Source: Candidatus Eiseniibacteriota bacterium (GTDB taxonomy: Bacteria > Eisenbacteria > RBG-16-71-46 > SZUA-252). Taken from it: 64,000 bases of DNA. This document shows, in pieces, positions 52,237 through 61,086 of the stretch (positions are counted from its first letter, which is position 1; each line of letters starts with the position of its first letter). The notes under the pieces are model-generated. The model was not told where the DNA came from. It searched no databases and saw only the letters and a list, made by a program, of their open reading frames with translations. The DNA is taken from contig OY969801.1 of the NCBI GenBank assembly GCA_963703225.1, positions 1,792,001-1,856,000 of the forward strand, in the 5' to 3' direction. Both the position numbers and the translations under genes were made by a program.

Positions 52237-53862
52237 ATGCAGCGGCCATTTCGTGCGTGCGTTCCTCTTTTCATCTCCGCGCTGTTGGGTGCGGGCCTCC
52301 TTTCGGCCGGTTGTGGCAGCGATGACAGCAACCCCGCCAAGCCGGCCCAGCCGACGGCCATCAACGGAAACGTCAACAAGGCCCCGATCGATGGGGCCAC
52401 CGTAAACGTCTACACGCTCAACCCGGACGGGTCGAGGGGCCCCCTCGTGGCCGGTCCATTTACAACGGACGCGAGCGGTAATTGGAATGGCACCTACCCG
52501 GCGGGCGCGATCGGTCCGTTCACGACGGTCTCGACGGGCGGCAGCTACTCGGATGAGGCCACGAGCGTCGTCGTCACGGTCGGCGCCACCCAGGAGCTGG
52601 AAGGACTTCTCGCGGGCACATCATGCTCCGTGACCCCGCTGACCCACGCAACCTTCCTGGGGATCCAAGCGATGGTCGCGGGCGGCACGACCCTCGCCGC
52701 GGCGATCCCCCGAGCGACCTCGGCGTCGACGACCGCGTTCGGATTCGACCTGCTGACCACCACTCCCTCGGACGCGGCGACGGCGACCGCGAGTCAGAAG
52801 AAGTACGCGGCGCTTCTCGGCGGCCTCTCTACCCTCATCGAGGACAACTTCACGGCGGGCACCTTTGCGAGCACGCCCCGCTTCGACCTCGTGCTCGCGC
52901 TCGCGACCGACCTGGCGGACGGCCAACTGGACGGCCTCGATGCGTCCGGCGGCGCGATCGACGTCGCAACCGACGCGACGGGGACCACGACGGCTCCGCT
53001 GACGGCGCTGAGTGCCGCCGATCTCTCGGCCTGGCTGACCGCGGCCAACGCGTATGCCGCATCTCAAACAAACCTGGCGGGAATCTCGTTCAATACCGCT
53101 ACCGCCTGGAATCCTTCCAGTCCCCCTCCCGGAAGCGGGGGCGGCGGCGGAGTAGCCGGGACGATCGTGTTCACGGGATCGGGGCGGGGGTCGCTCGCCG
53201 GAAACACCAGCTGCCATCCGGATTCGAGCTACCTCTTCAATGGACCCCAATACGTCTGGAAGGATACCGCCCGGCACATCGAGATCACGATCGTTCCAGC
53301 CGATCAGGCCCTCTATCCCGGCAAGGCAGAAACGGTCTACGTCGTCTACTCCGGGGTCAACCCTTCGGTGGTCTGGAACACGTTCGCGGTGACCGGGGTG
53401 CCCGGGGTATCGTTCGCCCATGGGAAGACCACGTTTGCCGATGTGTTCGTGCAGGAACTCACGTCGGGCGGCACCAATTTGTCATTGAACGGCACCCTGC
53501 AAGATCCGCTCGGCTCCCTCGGCTCGGTCGATTTCACGACCGCCGGACTCACGCCTCCACCGTTCAGCACCATTACTCCTGACACCAGCTACATCTATAC
53601 CGGGTCGTGGAGGTGGGAGGACCGGGCCCACCAGGTCCTGCTCATAGCGGTCCCGGCCGACCAGATCGCATACCCAGGCGCGATTCAGACCGTCATCGTG
53701 GTTTACAACACCTCGCATTCGTGGACCGCGCACGGCGTATCGGGTGTCGTGGGAGTCTCGACCTCGGGCGGCACCACGACGTTCGACAACACGCTTCTCG
53801 TGGATCTGAATACAGGAACGACATCGGTCCGTCTCACAACCGGGACGCTGACAAACCCGTAG
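52237..53862 (+). CDS. Hypothetical surface lipoprotein with duplicated C-terminal ~120-aa beta domain
   Basis: Lipobox SAGC-GSDD; Thr/Gly-rich; PPPGSGGGGG linker; two homologous C-terminal domains; AAGGAG RBS. Confidence 0.75.
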   Translation: MQRPFRACVPLFISALLGAGLLSAGCGSDDSNPAKPAQPTAINGNVNKAPIDGATVNVYTLNPDGSRGPLVAGPFTTDASGNWNGTYPAGAIGPFTTVSTGGSYSDEATSVVVTVGATQELEGLLAGTSCSVTPLTHATFLGIQAMVAGGTTLAAAIPRATSASTTAFGFDLLTTTPSDAATATASQKKYAALLGGLSTLIEDNFTAGTFASTPRFDLVLALATDLADGQLDGLDASGGAIDVATDATGTTTAPLTALSAADLSAWLTAANAYAASQTNLAGISFNTATAWNPSSPPPGSGGGGGVAGTIVFTGSGRGSLAGNTSCHPDSSYLFNGPQYVWKDTARHIEITIVPADQALYPGKAETVYVVYSGVNPSVVWNTFAVTGVPGVSFAHGKTTFADVFVQELTSGGTNLSLNGTLQDPLGSLGSVDFTTAGLTPPPFSTITPDTSYIYTGSWRWEDRAHQVLLIAVPADQIAYPGAIQTVIVVYNTSHSWTAHGVSGVVGVSTSGGTTTFDNTLLVDLNTGTTSVRLTTGTLTNP

Positions 53863-53879
53863 GGGAAGGAAACCCCGGT

Positions 53880-54437
53880 CTATTTGACGGCAACCGTGAA
53901 CTTGAGCACCCGCTCGGGGACGCTCTTCGAATAGGGCGGGAGGTATTTCATTTCAACCGTCCCCTCGCCCATCTTGGCGGCCTGGTACTTCCACGTCTGC
54001 GTGCGGTCCGTCTTCGAATCCGCGGTGCCCGCCGCATACATGGACTCTCCAATCTGCTTGAGCACGCTGCTCCCGTCCCCGCCTACCTCCCACGTGTATC
54101 CATTGGTGGTGCTGGCTCCGACCCTGACGAGGACCATTTCGCCCGGATGAAGCACCAGGTACTTGCCGTTATCATCCTCGGTAAGGACCCACCCCTCTGA
54201 CGTGTGGAGAATCCCCTCGTTCACTTCACCCTTGCCCGGGACCATGTCGCCGCTAGCCGACTTGCTGTCGCCGGCGCCGCCAGCGCCCGAGCTCATGGAC
54301 TTGGACCCCGCGGCTGTTTGCCCCGAACCGGACGTTCCCGAGCCATTCGTCGCTTCACCCTTCGGCGGCTTTCCGCACCCCGAGTTCGCCGCAAGCAGCG
54401 CCGCGGCGACGATGAAGAACCAGCGAGTCTTCAGCAT
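53880..54437 (-). CDS. Chagasin/I42-family protease-inhibitor-like lipoprotein
   Basis: Lipobox NSGC, Gly/Ser linker, then LHPGE.VLVRV..STTNGYTWE...W.Y.A...GEG.V.MKY.PPY...FTVAVK; AGGAGG RBS. Confidence 0.7.
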   Translation of the reverse strand: MLKTRWFFIVAAALLAANSGCGKPPKGEATNGSGTSGSGQTAAGSKSMSSGAGGAGDSKSASGDMVPGKGEVNEGILHTSEGWVLTEDDNGKYLVLHPGEMVLVRVGASTTNGYTWEVGGDGSSVLKQIGESMYAAGTADSKTDRTQTWKYQAAKMGEGTVEMKYLPPYSKSVPERVLKFTVAVK

Positions 54438-54514
54438 GATCTACCTCCTTGCCCGTCCCTGACGAACTGCGTCCCCCAGCACATTCAAGGGAGCCGAGTG
54501 ACACTCTAACTCAT

Positions 54515-54597
54515 TGCCCGGGGAAGGGCTCGAACCTTCATGGGGTTGCCCCCAGGGGATTTTAAGTCCCCTGCGTCTGCCATTCCGCCACCCGGGC
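54515..54597 (-). tRNA. tRNA-Leu (anticodon TAA), CCA not encoded
   Basis: GCCCGGG acceptor stem, D-loop TGGCGGAATGGCAGACGC, anticodon stem GGGGA-CTTAAAA-TCCCC, long variable arm GGGG-GCAA-CCCC, T-loop GGTTCGAGCC. Confidence 0.96.
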
Positions 54598-54631
54598 ATC
54601 GATCGCGAGGGGGCACAGGCGCGCCACCCTC

Positions 54632-55711
54632 TTACCGCGCTATCTTCGCGACGTCGTGCTCGTCTTCGATATCGCCGACCAGCTCTTCCACGATGTCCTC
54701 GAGGGTGATGATCCCGATCGCGATCCCCGCCTCATCGATCACGACCGCCATCTGCCGGCGCTCACGGCGGAGTTCCTTGAGCTGCTCCGCGATCGAGCGG
54801 TCCGCCGGGGCCCACGTGGTCGGGTACATCGCGTCTTCCAGGTTGATCAGACCGCTGGTCGCGTAGATCGCGAAAAGATCCTTCGAGTTCACGATCCCCA
54901 CGACCCGTGTCCGCTCGCCGTCGAAAACCGGGAACCGCGTGTGCACGCTATCTTGGAGAGCGCTCAGGATCCCCTCCGGCTTCATCCGATACTCCAGCAT
55001 GATGGCATCCTTGAGCGGGACCATCGCTTCTCGTACACGCTTCTCCGGAAGGCGAAACGCGTTCTTCAAGAGCTCGGCGTGCTCCGCGGTCATCCTCCCC
55101 GCCTCGGAGACGTCCTCGACCAAGAGCTGAAGCTCGTGCACCGAGTGGACGTGCTGGGCGTGCTCGGCGGGCTCGAACCCGAGGAGGCGGCAGAGACCCA
55201 TGCCGGCGCGGCTGGTGAAGGCGATGTACGGACGGAGGATCCGCTCGAAGAAGAGGAGCGGCGGCGCCAGCGTCATCACCACGCTGTCCGGGATGCGGAT
55301 CGCGATCGTCCGGGGGGCCAGCTCGCCGGCGACGATGTGGAGGAACGTGATCGCGCCGAATCCGACGATCGTGGCGGCCGTATGGGCGGCGACCGGCCCC
55401 CACGCCTTGGGCAGGAACCGGAACAGGGGCTCCAGCGAATGCGCCAGCGCGGGCTCCCCGATCCATCCGAGCGCGAGGCTCATCATGGTGATTCCGAGCT
55501 GGGTGGCCGCCATCATGTCGTCGAGCCGGTCGACGGCGGCCATCGCGAACGAGACACCGGGGACGCGCTTCGACGCCATCTCCTCGAGGCGCGTCCGCCG
55601 CACGCTGACGAGGGCGAACTCGGCGGCCACGAAGAAGGCGTTGCCCAGCACGAGCAGCGGGATGAGCAGAATGCGGCTGTAGGTCCCTATGTAACCCCAG
55701 AATTCATTCAT
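54632..55711 (-). CDS. CNNM/CorC (hemolysin-family, DUF21-CBS) protein
   Basis: NAFFVAAEFALVSVRRTR, QLGITMMSLALGWIGEP, GELAPRT, HTRFPV, GIITLEDIVEELVGDIEDE. Confidence 0.9.
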   Translation of the reverse strand: MNEFWGYIGTYSRILLIPLLVLGNAFFVAAEFALVSVRRTRLEEMASKRVPGVSFAMAAVDRLDDMMAATQLGITMMSLALGWIGEPALAHSLEPLFRFLPKAWGPVAAHTAATIVGFGAITFLHIVAGELAPRTIAIRIPDSVVMTLAPPLLFFERILRPYIAFTSRAGMGLCRLLGFEPAEHAQHVHSVHELQLLVEDVSEAGRMTAEHAELLKNAFRLPEKRVREAMVPLKDAIMLEYRMKPEGILSALQDSVHTRFPVFDGERTRVVGIVNSKDLFAIYATSGLINLEDAMYPTTWAPADRSIAEQLKELRRERRQMAVVIDEAGIAIGIITLEDIVEELVGDIEDEHDVAKIAR

Positions 55712-55729
55712 CGAGGTCGGGCCCCTGCC

Positions 55730-56266
55730 TCAGGCAACCGCGGCGCTCAGCTCGGTGGAGGAATCACCCCGCTCGTCGAAGCTCACCGGAACGCTCCAGC
55801 TTGGATTGGCTGGGACGCAGACTCCCATCCCCTCGTGGCAGTAGGCAAAGGAGACCTGCACGTGGAGGTCGGCCGAGCCGCTCGGCTGGGCGGGAAGCTC
55901 GAACGCGAGGGGCCACGTGGAGCCGAGCTGGGTCCGCTGGATCAGGACCTCCTTGCCCCGGCTCACGCGGACGCTCGCGGGGGCTTCCTCACTGACATGG
56001 GCGCCGTCCGGCAAGCGGACGCGCACTTTCCATTCCGTCGCCTCGCCCGCCCGGAGCTTGGCCGGCGCGGCTGCCACGGACGCGGCGGACCCGAGGTGGT
56101 CGGCCGCTTCCGTCTCCGGCGCCTCCAACCCGTCGATCGTGACCTCAGCCCACGCCAACCGCGGGAGCGCGACCCGCACGATTCGGTGGTTGTTGGTGTC
56201 GGCGACGTAGACGTTGAGCCAGGCGAAGGTAGCCTTTAGCTCGGGGGCACGCGGGTTGCCGCTCAT
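55730..56266 (-). CDS. Short thioredoxin-NHL (NHLRC2/SOQ1-like) remnant: N-terminal motif joined directly to the last NHL repeat and the C-terminal domain
   Basis: MSGNPRAPEL...WLN fused to VYVADTNNHRIVRV, then a beta domain with YCHEGMGVC. Confidence 0.55.
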   Translation of the reverse strand: MSGNPRAPELKATFAWLNVYVADTNNHRIVRVALPRLAWAEVTIDGLEAPETEAADHLGSAASVAAAPAKLRAGEATEWKVRVRLPDGAHVSEEAPASVRVSRGKEVLIQRTQLGSTWPLAFELPAQPSGSADLHVQVSFAYCHEGMGVCVPANPSWSVPVSFDERGDSSTELSAAVA

Positions 56267-56385
56267 GGGTCTTAAGATACAGGAAACCAGGCGGCGATTC
56301 CGCAGGGACCCGGGCGGGCTGGGCTCGCCCTGCCTTCCGCCGTGGGGGTAGTCCTGGACATCCCCATTGCGGCATAATAGCGCTG

Positions 56386-56991
56386 ATGAGGCGAGCGACT
56401 CTGGCTGGGGGGGTCTTGATCTTTGCGACAGTGGTTCTGGGAACGGCGCTCTCCTCCGCGCGGACCCGCGGGCTTCAGTACGTGCCCGCGACAGATGAGC
56501 AGTTCCCCAAGGCGCGCTACACCGACTCGCTCGTTTCGCTCAACGATCGGTGCCCGGTGCGGCAATCAACGCTGAGCCTCGAGTACTCGCCCGTCTACGT
56601 GAACGGACAACCGATCGGCTTCTGCTGCCATTCCTGTCCGTCCGTGTTCGTGCAGGATCCGGAACGCTATCTGAGGGCGCTCAAGATCGAGCCTCCCGAT
56701 CTCTTCCATAAGGACAAGAAGGCGACGGTCGACTCATCGCTCCGATACCGAATCGGCTTCGAGATCTACTATTTCTCGAGCCGGGCCGACATGGACCGGT
56801 TCAAGAAGCAGCCCCTGCGCTATTGCGGCTTGCTGACCGATCCGATCGAGCTGACCCGCTTTCGCCCGACGGCCGCTTCCCCCCATACCACCTTCAACCA
56901 GAGGCTCTACTATTTCGCGGCCGATTCATCCCTCGCCACCTTCCTCAAGAATCCCAGCTTCCACAAAGACCGGCGCACCGGAACCGACTGA
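56386..56991 (+). CDS. Exported protein with three YHS-like repeats
   Basis: Signal-like N-terminus; DRCPV...IGFCCHSCPSVFVQDPERY; IYYFSSRADMDRFKKQPLRY; DPI...LYYFAADSSLATFLKNP. Confidence 0.7.
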   Translation: MRRATLAGGVLIFATVVLGTALSSARTRGLQYVPATDEQFPKARYTDSLVSLNDRCPVRQSTLSLEYSPVYVNGQPIGFCCHSCPSVFVQDPERYLRALKIEPPDLFHKDKKATVDSSLRYRIGFEIYYFSSRADMDRFKKQPLRYCGLLTDPIELTRFRPTAASPHTTFNQRLYYFAADSSLATFLKNPSFHKDRRTGTD

Positions 56992-56994
56992 CCT

Positions 56995-57828
56995 GTGATC
57001 TCCGCGCCCGCGGGCAAGGCGACGCGGCCCATCCGCGCCCTCGATGACGTCGACGAGCCCGCGGTCCGCGCGTGGGTCGAGATGGCGATCCGGCATCCGG
57101 CCACCCGCGGGTTCCTCTTCTGCGGCAGCCGTGTCACCGGCTGGGCCGAGCCGGATGGCGACTACGACGGCTTCCTCTACGTGACCGAAGAGCACCGCCG
57201 CACGCTCCGACTCGACGAGACCGAGGTGCGGCTCATGGCGGAGGGGGTGACTCCGAAGCGGCTCATCGGGGACTTCTCCCTATTCTCCGATGCGACTCTG
57301 GAGGAGCAGCTCCGCTCGCCGCTCGACATCGATCACTGGCCCTACGTGGACGCGGTGGTCATCGACGACAAGACCGGCGACCTCGATGCGTGGCGCCAGC
57401 GGATCGCGGCCTTCCCCGAGCAGGGATTCCGCACCAGGGCGGTCCACAAGCTCGTCCAGCTCGTAATCGCGTACCACCACGCGACGATGGATGACGTACG
57501 GGAATACCACGCCGACCGCCAGCTCAATCTCTACCGCGCCGCGCTCGCCGGAGTGCATCTCTGGTTCACGCTCCAGCGCCGGTGGGCGCCGCCCCTCAAA
57601 TGGTGGACGCGGGAGGTGGATCGCCTGGAGATCCGGCCGGACACGCGCGCGGTCTTGGAAGGGGCGATTTTGAACCCGACGATCGAGACGTTGACCCATC
57701 TACGGGATCATTTGAAAACCGAGATGAAATACGCCGGAATCACCGAAGTGGAGGACATCACCCAAGCGTTTTTCGCGACACTCCTCCCGGAAAACCGCCC
57801 CGCGGTCTACCGGAATTCTTATCTCTAG
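56995..57828 (+). CDS. Pol-beta-type nucleotidyltransferase domain + helical domain (DUF4037-like)
   Basis: FLFCGSRVTGWAEPDGDYDGFLYV (GS-x-DxD) and WAPPLKW motif. Confidence 0.6.
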   Translation: MISAPAGKATRPIRALDDVDEPAVRAWVEMAIRHPATRGFLFCGSRVTGWAEPDGDYDGFLYVTEEHRRTLRLDETEVRLMAEGVTPKRLIGDFSLFSDATLEEQLRSPLDIDHWPYVDAVVIDDKTGDLDAWRQRIAAFPEQGFRTRAVHKLVQLVIAYHHATMDDVREYHADRQLNLYRAALAGVHLWFTLQRRWAPPLKWWTREVDRLEIRPDTRAVLEGAILNPTIETLTHLRDHLKTEMKYAGITEVEDITQAFFATLLPENRPAVYRNSYL

Positions 57829-57876
57829 GACCGTGCCGGCGGTCCTGACTTGTCCTCAGCGGACGAAGGAGGAATC

Positions 57877-59965
57877 GTGCATTTCAGTCTCTCGCGTCTT
57901 GCTCCCGTCGCATGCCCGAGGTGGGCTCTCATCGGAGCGCTGCTCCTCGTGACGATCTCAGGGAGTGCACCGGAGGGGAGCGCGGCCGAGCCGGCCGCGG
58001 CCGTTTCCGCGCCGCCGGAGGCCGCGACGCCGCTCTTCTTCACCGGCAGGCCCGACGCCTCGAGCTTCCGGGCGCTCTGCGAAGCGGAGCTTCAGAGCGC
58101 CAAGCTGAGCCTGGACCAGATGCTCGACGTGAAGGGCAAGCGCACCCTGGAGAACACGCTGGTCCCGTACAACCTCGTGATGCTCCACTCCGACAACGCC
58201 GGATACTACTCATCGCTCATGGAATCGGTGCATCCCGACTCCGCCTTCCGAGCAGGGGCCGAGACGCTCACGCAGGCCGCGACCAAGTTCCAGGACGAGC
58301 TGAAGTTGAATCGCGGCGTCTACGACGCGCTCCAGGCCGTCGACGTTTCCAAGGAGGACGCCACAACTCGGTACTTTGTGTCGAAGACCCTCCGCGACTT
58401 CAGGCTCGCGGGCGTGGACAAGGACGAGGCGACGCGGAAGCGGATCGAAGCCCTCCGGGAGGAGCTGGTGCTCACGTCGCAGGACTTCGACCGGAATATC
58501 CGGAATGACTCGCGCACCATCCAGGTGACCGCCGCGGAGCTGGATGGCATGCCCGAGGACTACATGAAGGGCCATCCCGCGGGCCCCGACGGGAAGATCA
58601 CGATCAGCATCGAATACCCGGATCGGATCCCCGTCATGGCCTACTGCAAGAATGGGGAAACGAGGCGTCGCATCCAGACCGAATCGCTCAACCGCGCCTA
58701 CCCGGCCAACATGGCGGTGCTCGACTCGCTCGTCGCGAAGCGCGACCGACTGGCCAAGATACTCGGCTATCCCAACTGGGCCGATTTCATCACCGCCGAC
58801 AAGATGATCGGCGACGGCAAGCACGCCGGGGAGTTCATCGACCGCGTGGGCGAACTTGACCCGGGAGCAAGCCAAACGGGAGTACCAGGTCTATCTCAAG
58901 CGCAAGCAGGAGGACGATCCCAGCGCCACGGTGGTGAACCGGTGGGACGCGCGCTACTACGAGCAGTTGATCCGCAAGCGCGATTTTGATTTTGACGCGC
59001 AGGCCGCGCGCCCCTACTTCCCCTTTGCGGGCGTGAAGCAGGGCCTCCTCGACGTGACCTCCAGGCTCTTCGGCGTGACCTACAAGCGGATTCAGGGCGC
59101 CACGGTCTGGGATCCGAGCGTCGAGGCGTATGAGATGTGGGAGGGAAACAAGTTGATAGGCCGGTTCTTCCTCGACCTCCATCCGCGCGACGGGAAATTC
59201 AATCATGCCGCGCAGTTCAATATTCGCGCCGGCGCGACCGGAATCCAGCTGCCGGAGGCCGTGCTGGTCTGCAATTTTGCGGGCGGTACCGAGGGGGATC
59301 CCGGGCTCATGGAGTTCCAGGACGTCACGACCTTCTTCCACGAGTTTGGCCACCTGCTCCACTCCATGTTCGGCGGGCACCAGCGCTGGGAGCCGGTTTC
59401 CGGAATCGCCACCGAGCAGGACTTTGTGGAGGCGCCGTCGCAGATGCTCGAGGAATGGACCCGCGACGCAACGGTGCTCCGTGTCTTCGCGAAGCACTAT
59501 CAGACCGGCGAGCCGATCCCGGTGGACATGGTCCAGAAGATGCGGAAGGCATCCGTCTTTGGCCGAGCGATCGACACCTCGTTTCAGGTGCTCTACGCGG
59601 CCCTGTCGCTCAATATCTACAATCGCGACCCGTCCCAGGTGAACACTGACGCCCTCGCGCGTCAGTACGAGGCCGCCTATGTTCCCTTCCCCACCATACC
59701 GAACACCCATTTCCAGACCTCATTCGGACACCTGGACGGGTATTCGGCCGTCTACTACACCTATCTCTGGTCTCTGGTGATCGCCAAGGACTTCTTCAGC
59801 CAATTCGACAAGACGAATCTCCTGGCGCCCGGCGTGGCGACGCGCTACCGCCAGACGGTCCTGGAGCCGGGCGGCACCAAGCAGGCCAAGGACCTGGCCC
59901 ACGACTTCCTCAAGCGTGATTTCAACTACAAGGCGTTTGACGAATTCCTGAAGGGGAACGACTAG
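57877..59965 (+). CDS. Second M3 metallo-oligopeptidase paralog with signal peptide; +1 frameshift near 58855
   Basis: Colinear with 42679-44742; FFHEFGHLLH, DFVEAPSQMLEEW; AAGGAGG RBS before GTG 57877. Confidence 0.9.
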
Positions 59966-59989
59966 ACGTAGGCGGCAGAGCCGGGACCG

Positions 59990-60478
59990 CTAGCGCTTGG
60001 CGCTGCGCTCCACGCGGAGGGGGGTGAGGACTTCCTTCTCGAAGCGGGCGGAGTCGAAGGCCTTGTCGAGGTACGGCAGGATCACCTGCTCGGTGACCTG
60101 GAAGTGGGCGGCGATGAGGCCCAGGATGCCGTAGCAGAGGTGCATGAGGCGCCCCGCGGGGGCGCCGCCCGAAATCTCCTTCTCCAGCGCCTCGCAACGG
60201 CGCTGGACCAGCTGGTGCTCGAAGCGGACCGCCTCGGTGAGGTGGGAGCCTTCCCCGGCAGCCCAATCGGCCGCCGGATAAAGGGTGTACTCCTCGGCCC
60301 GGGCGTGCGGCGCCACCTGCTTCTTGACGAAGTCGAGTACCTCCCGCGCCAGCGCGAGCTGGTCTAGGGTCGCCGACTCGTGGAGCTTTTCGATCCGAAC
60401 TCCGAGGGCCTGCAGACGCTCGAGGATCCTGGCGTGCTCGGCCCTGAGGGCGTCCGTCGATCGCTTCGGGGTTGCCAT
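59990..60478 (-). CDS. Hemerythrin-like (HHE) domain protein
   Basis: LRAEH, PHARAEEYTLYP, RFEH, AHFQVTEQVILP. Confidence 0.8.
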   Translation of the reverse strand: MATPKRSTDALRAEHARILERLQALGVRIEKLHESATLDQLALAREVLDFVKKQVAPHARAEEYTLYPAADWAAGEGSHLTEAVRFEHQLVQRRCEALEKEISGGAPAGRLMHLCYGILGLIAAHFQVTEQVILPYLDKAFDSARFEKEVLTPLRVERSAKR

Positions 60479-60605
60479 GCGGCGAGCATTTTTCTGTTTT
60501 CCGGAGCCCTTGTCAACTCGCCTGTTGCGCGGCCCCCGACCCTGACCTAGCCTCGCGGCACAGGCACTGGAGCAAAGGCCCGCCACAACCCCAAGGAGCG
60601 CACGC

Positions 60606-61058
60606 ATGAAGGTCGCCCTCGGCGCCGACCACGCAGGGTTCCAGCTCAAGGAGCGGATCAAGCGCTATCTGGCGCAGCGCGGCGACACGGTCCTGGACAT
60701 GGGGACCCACTCGCCCGAGTCGACCGACTACCCGCAGTACGCGTTCCAGGTGGCCGAGGCGGTCCGGGATGGCCAGGCCGAGCGCGGAATCCTCGTCTGC
60801 GACTCCGGCAACGGGATCGCGATCGCGGCCAACAAGGTCGAGGGAATCCGCGCGGCCGTCGCGATCGACCCGCACCACGCGGAGATGTCCCGCCGCCACA
60901 ACGACGCCAACGTGCTCGTCCTCGCCTCGGCGCTCCTTCCCCAGGCGCAGGAAATCCCCACGCTCGAGGCCTGGTTCCAAGCCCCGTTCGAAGGTGGGCG
61001 ACATGCCCGCCGCCTGGGACAGATCACCGAGTACGAGCGGACCCACGAGCGCCGCTGA
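60606..61058 (+). CDS. rpiB: Ribose-5-phosphate isomerase B
   Basis: GADHAGFQLK, DYP, GILVCDSGNG, ANKVEGIRAA, RRHNDANVL, FEGGRHARR. Confidence 0.94.
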   Translation: MKVALGADHAGFQLKERIKRYLAQRGDTVLDMGTHSPESTDYPQYAFQVAEAVRDGQAERGILVCDSGNGIAIAANKVEGIRAAVAIDPHHAEMSRRHNDANVLVLASALLPQAQEIPTLEAWFQAPFEGGRHARRLGQITEYERTHERR

Positions 61059-61086
61059 CTTGACGCGCGCTGGAGAGTCGAATCCC

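Noticed and set aside
54515..54597. bldA-like translational control by the rare tRNA-Leu(UAA)
   Set aside because: The tRNA is expected in any genome, and I cannot show TTA enrichment in a specific gene class from this window
60769..61086. N-terminal extension of the pgi ORF as a transaldolase fusion
   Set aside because: The extension overlaps rpiB out of frame and shows no transaldolase motifs
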